In this document: positions 1-9,924 of the stretch, in pieces | Numbering within the stretch: the first letter of the stretch is position 1 | Layout of the letters: each line of letters opens with the position of its first letter | Assembly: GCA_039586795.1 (NCBI GenBank) | Contig: JBDHJS010000019.1 | Span: forward strand, 1 to 60,940 | DNA length: 60,940 bases | Reading direction: 5' to 3' | DNA from: Gemmatimonadota bacterium | GTDB taxonomy: Bacteria; Gemmatimonadota; Gemmatimonadetes; Palauibacterales; KS3-K002 | The notes under the pieces: generated by a model | What the model was told of the DNA's origin: nothing | The model's database searches: none | The model's input: the letters and a program-made list of their open reading frames with translations, nothing else | Position numbers and translations under genes: made by a program

Positions 1-1404
1 GAGACGGGTCCACGCCTGTTCCGATTCAACATTGAGCCTCAGCCCGGCGAGCTGGTGACGGAGAACAATTCCCAGGAAGCACTGATCGTCGTGGAGGATA
101 CCCGCCAGAAGATCCTCTACTTCGAAGGGGAGCCGCGCTACGAGTTGAAGTTCCTCCGCCGGGCGGTGGAGGACGACGAGAACCTCTGGGTCGTCGCGCT
201 ACAGCGGACGGCAGATGACAAGTTCCTAAGGCTCGGCGTAGAGGACCCGGACGAACTGGCCGCTGGCTTCCCACGAACACGCGAGGAGATGTTCCAGTAT
301 CGAGGCCTGATCCTCGGAAGTGTGGAAGCGAGCTTCTTCACGCACGATCAGCTCCGCATGATCGAAGAGTTCGTCGGTCAGCGGGGCGGTGGCCTTTTGG
401 TACTCGGTGGGCGCCGCGCCCTGGACCGCGGTGGTTATCAGGGTACACCGCTCGCCGATGTGCTGCCGGTTGTTCTTCCCGACATCGGCGAGACGCCGGA
501 GTCGTTCCTGGTCGAGCTGGACGTTGAGCCGACGCGACTCGGGCGAACACACGCGGCAATCCAGATCGCGGGCGACATGGAAGCGTCGGCCGAGCGCTGG
601 AGCGAACTGCCGCCGATCACCAGCGTGAACGGGATCTCAGAGGTCAAGCCCGGCGCCAGCACCTTGCTTCTCGGTCAGGCTCCCGAGCTCGAGGATCCGA
701 TGATCGTCCTGGCGCACCATCGGTACGGGCGGGGCAGAGCGTTGGCGATGCCGATCCAGGACTCCTGGCTCTGGCAGATGCACGCGGATATTTCCCTCGA
801 GGATATGACGCACGAGACGCTCTGGCGCCAACTACTTCGCTGGCTGGTCAGTTACGTGCCGGACCCCGTCAGCGTCACGGCCTCTAGCGATCGGGTGAAC
901 CCGGAAGATCCGGTGACGATTCGCGCCGAAGTGCAGGACGAGACCTACCTGAACGTGAATAACGCCGAGGTCGTCGCTTACGTGACGACGCCGTCAGGCA
1001 TGGAGATGGAAGTCCCCCTCGACTGGGAAGTGGATTCCGACGGCACATACAGTGCGCCATTCGTGCCGATCGAGAGCGGTCTTCACCGCGTGAGCGTCTC
1101 CGCATCGAAGAGCGGCGACTATCTCGGCGAACACACCACCTACGTCGAGGCCGCGGATCTTGCGACCGAATACTTCGATGCTGAGATGCGCGAACCGCTA
1201 CTCCGTGAGATCGCCGACGAAACTGGCGGACGGTTCTATACGCCGGAGACCATCGCGACTCTGCCGGAGGACGTGAGCTTCACGGAGAGCGGCACGACCA
1301 TCGTCGAGGAACGAGACCTCTGGGACATGCCAGTCATTTTCCTGCTGCTGCTGATGCTCATCGCGATTGAGTGGGGCTACCGGAAGCGCGGAGGGCTGGT
1401 ATGA
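1..1404 (+). CDS. Membrane-anchored protein with class I glutamine amidotransferase-like (DUF1355-type) domain, 5'-partial
   Basis: Frame is open from base 1. EGEPRYELKFLRR, FVGQRGGGLLVLGG and YGRGR...W.W motifs; Ig-like segment; C-terminal TM helix ending IEWGYRKRGGLV. Confidence 0.75.
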   Translation, partial: ETGPRLFRFNIEPQPGELVTENNSQEALIVVEDTRQKILYFEGEPRYELKFLRRAVEDDENLWVVALQRTADDKFLRLGVEDPDELAAGFPRTREEMFQYRGLILGSVEASFFTHDQLRMIEEFVGQRGGGLLVLGGRRALDRGGYQGTPLADVLPVVLPDIGETPESFLVELDVEPTRLGRTHAAIQIAGDMEASAERWSELPPITSVNGISEVKPGASTLLLGQAPELEDPMIVLAHHRYGRGRALAMPIQDSWLWQMHADISLEDMTHETLWRQLLRWLVSYVPDPVSVTASSDRVNPEDPVTIRAEVQDETYLNVNNAEVVAYVTTPSGMEMEVPLDWEVDSDGTYSAPFVPIESGLHRVSVSASKSGDYLGEHTTYVEAADLATEYFDAEMREPLLREIADETGGRFYTPETIATLPEDVSFTESGTTIVEERDLWDMPVIFLLLLMLIAIEWGYRKRGGLV

Positions 1405-2402
1405 GCCTGGCTACCCTTATTGCGACTGGCTGGTTGCTCACCTTGCCTCAGGCATCTGAACAGGTGCATCTCGTCGTCGTGTCGGGCCTAAGCGGCGAGC
1501 CGAGATATGCGGAGAGGTTCCATGAGTGGTCGACAACGCTCTGCGAAGCGGCTAAGCAGCGTTGGGGAGTGCCGGCGGCAAACATCGCCTACCTGGCCGA
1601 GCAGACCGACCGCGATCCGGCTCGTATCTCCGACCGCTCGACCTGGGAGAACATCCAGCGCACGCTGGGCGATATCGCTGGCCGTGCCGGACCGGACGAC
1701 CAGGTCTATATCGTGCTCATCGGGCACGGTTCGGTTCGCGATGGAGCGGCCAAATTCAGCCTTCCAGGCCCGGACCCGACCGCATCCGATTTTGCCGACC
1801 TACTGCAGCTGTTTCCGACGCAGACGCTCGTCTTCGTGAACGCGGCGAGCGCCAGCGGTGACTTCATCGCCGCGCTGTCCGCAGAGGGTAGGGCGGTCAT
1901 CACGGCGACGCGGAGTGGGCGCGAGCGTACGGAGACCCTGTTCGCGCGCTTCTTGGTCGAGGCCTACGCCACGGACGGCGCGGACGTCGACAAAGACGAG
2001 CGGGTATCGGTACTCGAGGCCTTCAACTACGCGCGTCGTGAAGTCGCGCGTGTATACGAATCGGAGAACCGACTGCTTTCAGAGCACGCACTTCTCGACG
2101 ATGACGGTGACGGTCAGGGCACCGGCGAGCCCGGCTTGGGAGCTGAAGATGGTCAGCTGGCCGCAACGCTCTTCCTGTCAGGCAGCGCGGAGCCAGGCGT
2201 CCTCACGGGCGAGATCAGCGACCCGCGGCTGGCTCAGATGTATGCGGAGAAGCGAGCGCTGGAGGAGCAGGTCGCCGCGCTCCGTCAGCGTAAGGAAGAG
2301 ATGGATACCGCGACGTACGAGCAGGAACTGGAGCGTTTACTCCTCGCGCTTGCGCTGAAGAATCGAGAGATCAGAGAACTCGAAGGGGAGGGCCCGCGAT
2401 GA
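1401..2402 (+). CDS. Secreted caspase/legumain (C13/C14)-fold protein with C-terminal coiled coil
   Basis: ATG 1401 overlaps the upstream stop (ATGA). Signal peptide; VLIGHG motif; FVNAASASG at the nucleophile position; VITAT; DxDxD motifs. Confidence 0.65.
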   Translation: MSLATLIATGWLLTLPQASEQVHLVVVSGLSGEPRYAERFHEWSTTLCEAAKQRWGVPAANIAYLAEQTDRDPARISDRSTWENIQRTLGDIAGRAGPDDQVYIVLIGHGSVRDGAAKFSLPGPDPTASDFADLLQLFPTQTLVFVNAASASGDFIAALSAEGRAVITATRSGRERTETLFARFLVEAYATDGADVDKDERVSVLEAFNYARREVARVYESENRLLSEHALLDDDGDGQGTGEPGLGAEDGQLAATLFLSGSAEPGVLTGEISDPRLAQMYAEKRALEEQVAALRQRKEEMDTATYEQELERLLLALALKNREIRELEGEGPR

Positions 2403-5050
2403 ACCTCACGCGAGCCCTGTCCGCCTTGGTAGCGATGGTGTTGGCATTCGGAGCGCTCGCTTCGCCGACGTCGGCGCAGCAGATAGACGAAGCGCGAGTT
2501 GCCTTCCGTACAGGTCGATACGAGGAAGCGATCGACATGTTCGAGAGGCTGACTCGGCGTGATCGGTCGTCGGTCGCTGCCTCCCGGGGATTTTCTCGAG
2601 CGCTCTTCGATGTCGGACGGTATGAAGACGCCGCAGACGCGGCACGCCGCTTCTCTAGAGACAACGAGGATTCACCCGAGCTTCAGAACTCTCTCGGCAA
2701 AGCCCTGTACGCGAAGGGCGACTTGGAGGAGGCGGAAGCCGCTTTTGAGCGAGCCGTGCAGGGTGGCGCCAGCGATGCGCCGCTCGCGCGTTTGAATCTG
2801 GCGGTTCTCAGTTATGAGCGTGGCGAGCGAGAAACCGCCATGGAGGAGTTCGGCAGGTTCATCGACGTCTACAATGTAGGTCGTGATTTCACGTCGGAAG
2901 AGCTTACCGCGGTGGGCACCGCTATACGGTATCTGCGGAGCGACGATTGGCAGTACGCCCGGGACGCCTTGCGCATATACGACGAAGCGATCGCCGCTGA
3001 TCCAGCGAACCTGGACCCTCGCGTTGAGGTGGGTGAGCTGTTCCTGGAAGCGTACGCCGGCGGCGAAGCCGCGGAAGCGTTCGAGGATGTACTGCAGGTG
3101 AATCCGTCGGAACCGCGCGCTCTGGTCGGCAAGGCGCGTCACTTGCGATTTGCAGGGTCGCCCGGTGCGATGGAAACGGTGCAACGAAGCCTGGAGGTGA
3201 ACCCGAACCTCGTGCCGGCGCGGGTCTTCCTGGCCGAGCTGCTCTTGGAGCTCGAGGAATACAAGGCGGCGGCACAGCAGATCGAACGCGCCCTGGAGGT
3301 CAATCCGGTTTCGCTCGAGGCGCTGTCGGTGATGGCGGCGACGCGGTTCCTGCAGGGCGACGAGGCCGAAAGCGAAGCGCTGCGTGCCAGAGTTCTCGAG
3401 CTGAACCCGCGATATGCCGATCTCTACGTACGACTCGCCGAAACGAGCGCACGAAACCGGTTATACACGAAAGCGGTAGAGTTCGCTCAGCGGGCGGTCG
3501 AGTTGGATGAGCGATCCTGGCGTGGCTATGCCGTCTTGGGCGTGAACGAGTTGAGAGTCGGCGCCATAGATGAGGGGAAGGGCCATCTCGAGCTCGCGTT
3601 CGAGAATGATCCGTTCGACATCTGGACCAAGAATACCCTCGATATGCTCGACACCTTCGAGGATTACACGGAAGAACGGAACGACCTGTTCATCTTTGTG
3701 ATCGATGGTAAGGAGTCCGAACTGCTATCGCTCTATCTGGCAGACCTTGCGGAAGAGGCCTACGAGCGGCTAGCGGAGAAGTATCAGTACAGAGCGCCCA
3801 CGCCGATTCGTGTCGAGGTGTTTCGCAGCCACGCCGACTTCTCGGTTCGGACGATCGGGCTCATCGGGTTGGGTGCGCTGGGTGTAAGCTTCGGACCGGT
3901 GATCGCCATGGACTCCCCGTCGGCGCGGGAAGCCAGTGAGTTCAACTGGGGATCGACGTTTTGGCATGAATTAGCGCACACTTTCCATCTCGGGCTCAGT
4001 GATCACCGAGTACCGAGGTGGTTCTCGGAAGGGCTAGCCGTGCACGAGGAGCGAGCGGCCAGGCCGGGCTGGGGTGATGATGTGAGCCCGAGTTTCCTGT
4101 TCGCCCATCTGCATGAACAGCTGCTGCCAATAGGAGAATTGAACAACGGCTTTGCCCGGCCGACGTATCCCGAGCAGGTCATTCACTCCTACTACCAGGC
4201 CTCGCTGGTCTTCGATTTGATCGAGCGGGACTACGGCGGGCAGGCGATCGTGGCGATGCTCGAGGGTTATCGCGACGGGTTGTCCAACGAACAGGTGTTC
4301 GAGCAGGTGCTCGCAACAAGCGTTGACGAGTTCAACGACGTCTTCTTCGACTATCTGGAGGAGCGGTTCGATGGACCGCTCAGCGCGTTGCGGCCAAACC
4401 TGGACTTGCCTCCCGAGACGTTCCGTGAGGGTTTCCAGCGCGGAGCCGAGTTGACGGATGACCCCAACAACTTCCTCTCCCAGTTGGGCTACGGTCACTC
4501 TTATGTCGAACAGGGTAGCTACGACGAGGCGATTCCACACCTTCAGCGGGCGAAGGAGCTGTTTCCCGAGTTTGCGGGCTCGGGGAGCCCCTACTGGTAT
4601 CTCGCGCTCATCCACAAAGAGCAGGGGAACCTCGAGCGGGCGGCGGCTGAACTGGCGGCGCTCACGGCCATCAACGAACGCGACTACCAGGCCAACCTCC
4701 AGTTGGCCGAGATAAGGGAGGGCCTCGGAGACGCTGCGGGAGCCGCGGAAGCTCTGAAGCGAACGGCATACATCTATCCCTTTGACATGAGACTGCATGT
4801 CCGGCTCGCCGAGCTGCTATCGCAGTCCGGTGACTTGCAGGGCGTGATACGCGAACGCAGAGCAGTACTCGCCCTCGACCCAGTGGACAGAGCCGAGGCG
4901 ATGTACCAGCTGGCACGAGCATACTACGAGGCAGGTGAGCTCAGTAGCGCGCGGCGCGCCATTCTAAGGGTGCTGGAAGACGCCCCGTCGTACGAGGAGG
5001 CGCAGGAACTTCTACTGGAGATTCATGCCCGAGGAGGTGGTACGCGATGA
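2399..5050 (+). CDS. TPR-repeat protein with central peptidase MA-like (gluzincin) domain
   Basis: Signal peptide, many TPR-like helical repeats, HELAH (3965-3979) followed by WFSEGLA. Confidence 0.85.
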   Translation: MNLTRALSALVAMVLAFGALASPTSAQQIDEARVAFRTGRYEEAIDMFERLTRRDRSSVAASRGFSRALFDVGRYEDAADAARRFSRDNEDSPELQNSLGKALYAKGDLEEAEAAFERAVQGGASDAPLARLNLAVLSYERGERETAMEEFGRFIDVYNVGRDFTSEELTAVGTAIRYLRSDDWQYARDALRIYDEAIAADPANLDPRVEVGELFLEAYAGGEAAEAFEDVLQVNPSEPRALVGKARHLRFAGSPGAMETVQRSLEVNPNLVPARVFLAELLLELEEYKAAAQQIERALEVNPVSLEALSVMAATRFLQGDEAESEALRARVLELNPRYADLYVRLAETSARNRLYTKAVEFAQRAVELDERSWRGYAVLGVNELRVGAIDEGKGHLELAFENDPFDIWTKNTLDMLDTFEDYTEERNDLFIFVIDGKESELLSLYLADLAEEAYERLAEKYQYRAPTPIRVEVFRSHADFSVRTIGLIGLGALGVSFGPVIAMDSPSAREASEFNWGSTFWHELAHTFHLGLSDHRVPRWFSEGLAVHEERAARPGWGDDVSPSFLFAHLHEQLLPIGELNNGFARPTYPEQVIHSYYQASLVFDLIERDYGGQAIVAMLEGYRDGLSNEQVFEQVLATSVDEFNDVFFDYLEERFDGPLSALRPNLDLPPETFREGFQRGAELTDDPNNFLSQLGYGHSYVEQGSYDEAIPHLQRAKELFPEFAGSGSPYWYLALIHKEQGNLERAAAELAALTAINERDYQANLQLAEIREGLGDAAGAAEALKRTAYIYPFDMRLHVRLAELLSQSGDLQGVIRERRAVLALDPVDRAEAMYQLARAYYEAGELSSARRAILRVLEDAPSYEEAQELLLEIHARGGGTR

Positions 5051-5826
5051 AGCGAGCGCTCAGTTACGCATTGGTAATCGGGATGGCGCTTTGTATCGTG
5101 TCGCCCCTCGCGGCCCAGTCCCGGCGATTTCGCGGCGAGAACTACCAGCGACCCGATTACGACGAGTTCAACGTTCAGTACGATGGCCGTTTCACCTTCG
5201 TTCGCATTCGTTACACGCCTCTGAGCGATAGTTGGGGTCGCCCGGGTGATCTCAAGTGGGACCACGACTATCCACGCGCCGAACGTCACCTGGTGAAGAT
5301 TCTGGATGAGATCACAGATGTCAGCCCCGTGTTGAGTGGGAGCAACATCCTGTCGCTCGACGACCCGGAGCTATTCAAGTACCCGGTCGCGTATCTCTCG
5401 GAGCCCGGCTACTGGACGCTGAGCGAAGAGGAAACGGAAGGCCTTCGCAACTACTTGTTGAAGGGCGGCTTTCTGATTCTCGATGATTTCGTGGGAAGCC
5501 AGTGGTACAACTTCGAAGCCATGATGCGGGAAGTGCTCCCTGATAGTCGGTTGGTCGAGCTCGATGTCTCGCACCCCGTCTTTCACTCGTTCTTCGACAT
5601 CGATGCGCTGGACCACATACACCCGTATTACCGGGGCTATATATCCGCTTTCTACGGCATATTCGAGGACAACGACCCCAACAAACGATTGTTGGTGATC
5701 GCCAACTACAACAACGACATCGGGGAATCGTGGGAGTGGTCGGATACGGGGTTCCTGCCGATAGAGCTGTCAAACGAAGCGTACAAGTTGGGTGTCAACT
5801 ATATCGTCTATGCGATGACGCACTGA
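5047..5826 (+). CDS. DUF4159 domain protein
   Basis: Signal peptide; F.F.RIRY, W.HDYP.A, LRNYLLKGGFLILDDF, HPVFHSFF, NNDIG..W, LGVNYIVYAMTH. Confidence 0.85.
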   Translation: MKRALSYALVIGMALCIVSPLAAQSRRFRGENYQRPDYDEFNVQYDGRFTFVRIRYTPLSDSWGRPGDLKWDHDYPRAERHLVKILDEITDVSPVLSGSNILSLDDPELFKYPVAYLSEPGYWTLSEEETEGLRNYLLKGGFLILDDFVGSQWYNFEAMMREVLPDSRLVELDVSHPVFHSFFDIDALDHIHPYYRGYISAFYGIFEDNDPNKRLLVIANYNNDIGESWEWSDTGFLPIELSNEAYKLGVNYIVYAMTH

Positions 5827-5907
5827 ACTGCGGTAGGTGGAAGTAGGTATGGGTGAAGTGAATGGATTATAGATCCACTCGGTGACTAGCTAGAGGGCAG
5901 AGGAGAA

Positions 5908-6939
5908 ATGACAACGGAATCGAAAGTCGCGCTCGAGGCGAAGGACGACATCGCCCTCGCGGAAAAGATGAGCCAGGCCACGGAGCGTATCCTGGAAGAG
6001 CTGAGGAAGCTTATCGTGGGGCAGGATGAGGTGATCGAGCAGGTCCTGCTGTCACTGTTCGTCGGTGGCAACAGCCTGATCGTCGGGGTGCCAGGGTTGG
6101 CGAAGACGCTGCTCATCCACAGTATCGCCCAGGTCCTCGATCTCAAATTCTCGAGAATCCAGTTCACGCCGGACCTGATGCCGTCTGACATAACGGGTAC
6201 GGACCTGATTCAGGAGGATCCCGACACCGGTCAGCGGCGAATGGTCTTTGCCCCAGGGCCGGTCTTCGCGAACATGGTGCTGGCGGACGAGATCAACCGT
6301 ACACCGCCCAAAACTCAAGCGGCACTGCTCGAAGCGATGCAGGAGCATCGCGTGACGGTTCAGGGTCGGACCTACGAACTCGAGGAGCCGTTCCACGTGT
6401 TCGCGACCCAGAACCCCATCGAGTTGGAGGGGACCTATCCGCTTCCCGAGGCTCAGCTAGATCGCTTCATGTTCAAGATCGTCATGGATCACCTTCCCGC
6501 TGACGAAGAACTGGAAGTGGTTCGCAGCACGACGGCGGTGCAGGACTACAAGTTCGAGAACGTAGTGACCGGCGCCGACATCGTCGCCTACCAGCAGCTC
6601 GTGCGAAAGGTCCCCGTCTCCGATCCGGTGCTGCGCTACACGCTGGACCTGGTGCGGACGACGCGACCGAGCGGCAACGGCGCGCTGGACTTCGTACAGA
6701 AGTGGGTGTCGTACGGCGCCAGCGTTCGAGCGGCGCAATACCTCGTGTTGGGCTCCAAGGCGCGGGCGCTGGTGCGTGGTCGCTATCACGTGAGCTTCGA
6801 GGACATCCAGGCGCTGGCGGCGCCGGTTCTCAGGCACCGGATCCTCACCAACTTCCATGCCGAGTCGGAACAGGTGACCAGCGATCAGTTGATCGAGCAG
6901 CTGATCGATGCCGTTCCCAAACCGAGGTCCGGTTTGTGA
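5908..6939 (+). CDS. moxR: MoxR family AAA+ ATPase
   Basis: GVPGLAKT (Walker A), RIQFTPDLMPSD, LADEINRTPPKTQAALLEAM, ATQNPIELEGTYPLPEAQLDRF; SD GAGGAG upstream. Confidence 0.95.
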   Translation: MTTESKVALEAKDDIALAEKMSQATERILEELRKLIVGQDEVIEQVLLSLFVGGNSLIVGVPGLAKTLLIHSIAQVLDLKFSRIQFTPDLMPSDITGTDLIQEDPDTGQRRMVFAPGPVFANMVLADEINRTPPKTQAALLEAMQEHRVTVQGRTYELEEPFHVFATQNPIELEGTYPLPEAQLDRFMFKIVMDHLPADEELEVVRSTTAVQDYKFENVVTGADIVAYQQLVRKVPVSDPVLRYTLDLVRTTRPSGNGALDFVQKWVSYGASVRAAQYLVLGSKARALVRGRYHVSFEDIQALAAPVLRHRILTNFHAESEQVTSDQLIEQLIDAVPKPRSGL

Positions 6940-7829
6940 CGATTTCCAGTTTCCTCGACCCGAAGGTCCTGGCCCGGATCGATAATCTCGAGCTGTTGGC
7001 GAAGACCGTCGTGGACGGCTTCATCAACGGGCTGCATCGCTCGCCGTACCTCGGATTGTCGATCGACTTCGCCGAGCATCGCCCTTACATGCCCGGCGAC
7101 GACATCCGACGGATCGACTGGCGAGTGTTCGGTAGGACCGATCGTTTCTACGTGAAGGAGTTCGAAGCGGATACCAACGCGAACTTCGTGGTCATCTTGG
7201 ACATCTCGCGCTCGATGGACTACGCCAGCCAGGGCATCACAAAGCTGGACTACGCTCGCTATCTGGCGGCCTGCCTTAGCTATTTCTCTCGTCAGCAGCG
7301 CGACCGCGTCGGCCTGATCACCATTGCCGATGATCTCGTCGATTTCGTCCCGCCCTCCGCCAAACATCTCGATGTCGTGCTCCACACCATCGATCGAATT
7401 AGACCGGCAGGGCAGGGCAGCCTGGCCGGCCCGCTGATGAAGATCGCCGAGGCGACAAAGCGCCGCAGCATCCTGGCGCTCGTCTCCGATCTTTACGACG
7501 AGCCGGAGGCGGTCGTTCGGGCTGCGAACGTGCTCAAGAACAAGGGGAACGATGTCATCGTCTTCCAGATCCTGGACCCCGCCGAGCTGAACTTCCCGTT
7601 CGATGAAGCCAGCCACTTTCTCGATCTTGAAAGTGGAGATCGGATTCCCGTCGTCCCGGAACAACAGCGGGAGCAATACCTCGAGCTGATGAACGGCCAT
7701 CTTGCCGAGATGTCACGACTTCTTATCGAGAGCCAGATCGATTACTTCCTTTTCGATACGTCGCAGCCCCTGGATCACGCGCTGTTCAAGTATCTGTCGC
7801 GACGTGAACGGTTGAGCAGGGTGCGCTGA
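6936..7829 (+). CDS. DUF58 / VWA-domain protein
   Basis: GTG start overlapping the moxR stop; G.H.S...G.S.DFAEHRPY.PGDDIRRIDW; MIDAS-like DISRSM; VSDL. Confidence 0.9.
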   Translation: MTISSFLDPKVLARIDNLELLAKTVVDGFINGLHRSPYLGLSIDFAEHRPYMPGDDIRRIDWRVFGRTDRFYVKEFEADTNANFVVILDISRSMDYASQGITKLDYARYLAACLSYFSRQQRDRVGLITIADDLVDFVPPSAKHLDVVLHTIDRIRPAGQGSLAGPLMKIAEATKRRSILALVSDLYDEPEAVVRAANVLKNKGNDVIVFQILDPAELNFPFDEASHFLDLESGDRIPVVPEQQREQYLELMNGHLAEMSRLLIESQIDYFLFDTSQPLDHALFKYLSRRERLSRVR

Positions 7830-9907
7830 TGAGCTTTTCGTTTCTCGCTCCGCTCTTTCTCGCGGGCCTCGCTGCTATCGCGATTCCGATCCTGATTCAC
7901 CTCACACATCGGGAGCGCAAAGAGGCGGTCCCGTTCCCCTCGTTGATGTTCGTGAGGAGAGTCCCATACCGCACGGTACGAAGGCAGCGGATTCGTCACT
8001 GGCTGCTGTTCCTGATGAGGGTGGCCGCGATCGCACTGGTTGCCCTGGCGTTTGCCCGGCCCTGGCTGGAGAGCTCCACCGAAGCGGTGGCGTCTTTCGC
8101 CCGGAGCCGCGAGATCGTCGTGCTGCTCGACCGGTCGTACAGTATGGCGTATGCGGATCGGTGGAGCCGCGCGATTGAGGCCGCTCGCGGTGTCGTTGGG
8201 AATATGGGCCCTGATGACCGGGCCACGCTGGTCACCTTCTCCGAGCGCGCCGAAGCGGCGACCCAGCCGACGGGCGATGCGGCGGTCCTGTTGGCCGCGC
8301 TGAATTCGGTCGACGTTGGCGCGGGGGTCACCCGCTATGGGCCGGCGTTTCAGCTGGCGCACGAGATCGTCGAGCGATCGGATCTGCCGAGCGCCGAGGT
8401 CCTTCTGATTAGTGATCTACAGAAATCGGGCTGGGATCCGCGCAGTGCGGTCCGCCTACCGCCAAATACTCGACTCAACATCGTCGATCTTTCTGACGAC
8501 GACGCGGCGAATGTATCAGTACCGGCGGCCTCTATTACAAGGAGCCGACGAGGTGGCCGGGAGGAGATCATCGTCACCGCCAGCATCGCCAACCATGGAC
8601 CTGATCAACTGTCCGACGTGTCGGTCGCGTTGATCATCGATGGGGAACGCGTCGAGAGTCAGGACGTGAACCTCGAACCGGGACAGGCCACCGTTACACG
8701 CTTTGGGAGCGTCGCACTGCCTGGGCGACCGGTCCGCGGCATCGTTCGCGCCGGCGACGACCCGCTGCCCGGTGACAACGCTTTCCATTTCGTCGTCGCG
8801 CCGGAAGATCCGGTATCGGTCCTTATCGTCGAACCGCGTGCCGCTTCAGCAAACCACAACTTCTTCTTGACCGGTGCGTTGGCTATCGGTGATCGTCCTG
8901 GCTTCAACATCGACACGCGCCGCGTCACACGCCTGGCGACTTCGGACCTGGATGGACGCTCCGTCGTGATCTTCAATGACGCGCCAATCCCCGGAGGTGA
9001 CTTTGGCCGTCGCCTGACGGACCTGGTTGAAGACGGTCTCGGCGTGCTGGTCATCCTCGGAAGACGCAGTCCGCCAGGCGCCTGGCCTAGCGATGCGCCA
9101 GACCTCTTGCCCGGATCGTTCGGCGGCCCGGTGGACCGTGCGGCGGCCGGTGGCGGAACCCTGGGGTATCTGGACTATGACCACCCGGCGTTCGAGATCT
9201 TCCGGGCGCCGCGTAGCGGTGATTTCTCGGCTGCCCGCTTCTATCGGTACCGCCGGTTAGAGGTGGCGGAAGGCTCGCGGACGCTCGCACGCTTTGACGA
9301 CGGATCCAGCGCCCTACTGCAGCGCCAATACGGGGATGGCGGAGTGATGATGTGGGCGACGGGCGTCGAGAACTTCTGGAACGATCTGGCCATTCAGCCC
9401 GTGTTTCTGCCGTTCACGCACCAGGTTGTGAAGCACCTGGCTGGTTACCGCGAAGCGGATACCTGGTTCAGAGTCGGGCAAGTTGTCGATCTTTCTCAGA
9501 ACTCAGGGCTTGCGGAAGGCGTTGTAGATGGAGAGGTCGAGCTGATCATCGAGAGCCCGTACGGCCGAGACCGCGTCGTACGACCGGCTCGGGATACTTG
9601 GCTGGTGCGGCTCGACGAGCCGGGCTTCTTCGAAGTCAGATCCGTTGGCGACGAGAACGATATCCGCACGATGGCGGCGAATCTGGATCCGTCGGAGTCG
9701 GATCTCGCGACGGCGGATCTGGAGGAGATGGCCGGCGCCCTGATCGCTGAGAGCGATGGGGGGAGCATCGCGGCGGAGGCTACTATGCTCTCAGCCGAAG
9801 AGCGAGAGCGTCACCAGGGCTTGTGGTGGTACCTGCTAGCGGCAGCTATCACCCTGCTGCTGGCGGAGACGCTGCTGTCGAATCGTGTTGCGCGTGTAGC
9901 AACGTAG
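7829..9907 (+). CDS. BatA-type N-terminal double-TM + VWA domain protein
   Basis: MSFSFLAPLFL..IPILIHL, LAFARP, MIDAS DRSYSM, ISDLQ, CARDB-like and GATase-like segments, C-terminal TM. Confidence 0.85.
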   Translation: MSFSFLAPLFLAGLAAIAIPILIHLTHRERKEAVPFPSLMFVRRVPYRTVRRQRIRHWLLFLMRVAAIALVALAFARPWLESSTEAVASFARSREIVVLLDRSYSMAYADRWSRAIEAARGVVGNMGPDDRATLVTFSERAEAATQPTGDAAVLLAALNSVDVGAGVTRYGPAFQLAHEIVERSDLPSAEVLLISDLQKSGWDPRSAVRLPPNTRLNIVDLSDDDAANVSVPAASITRSRRGGREEIIVTASIANHGPDQLSDVSVALIIDGERVESQDVNLEPGQATVTRFGSVALPGRPVRGIVRAGDDPLPGDNAFHFVVAPEDPVSVLIVEPRAASANHNFFLTGALAIGDRPGFNIDTRRVTRLATSDLDGRSVVIFNDAPIPGGDFGRRLTDLVEDGLGVLVILGRRSPPGAWPSDAPDLLPGSFGGPVDRAAAGGGTLGYLDYDHPAFEIFRAPRSGDFSAARFYRYRRLEVAEGSRTLARFDDGSSALLQRQYGDGGVMMWATGVENFWNDLAIQPVFLPFTHQVVKHLAGYREADTWFRVGQVVDLSQNSGLAEGVVDGEVELIIESPYGRDRVVRPARDTWLVRLDEPGFFEVRSVGDENDIRTMAANLDPSESDLATADLEEMAGALIAESDGGSIAAEATMLSAEERERHQGLWWYLLAAAITLLLAETLLSNRVARVAT

Positions 9908-9924
9908 AACAACAGAGTGAGGGC

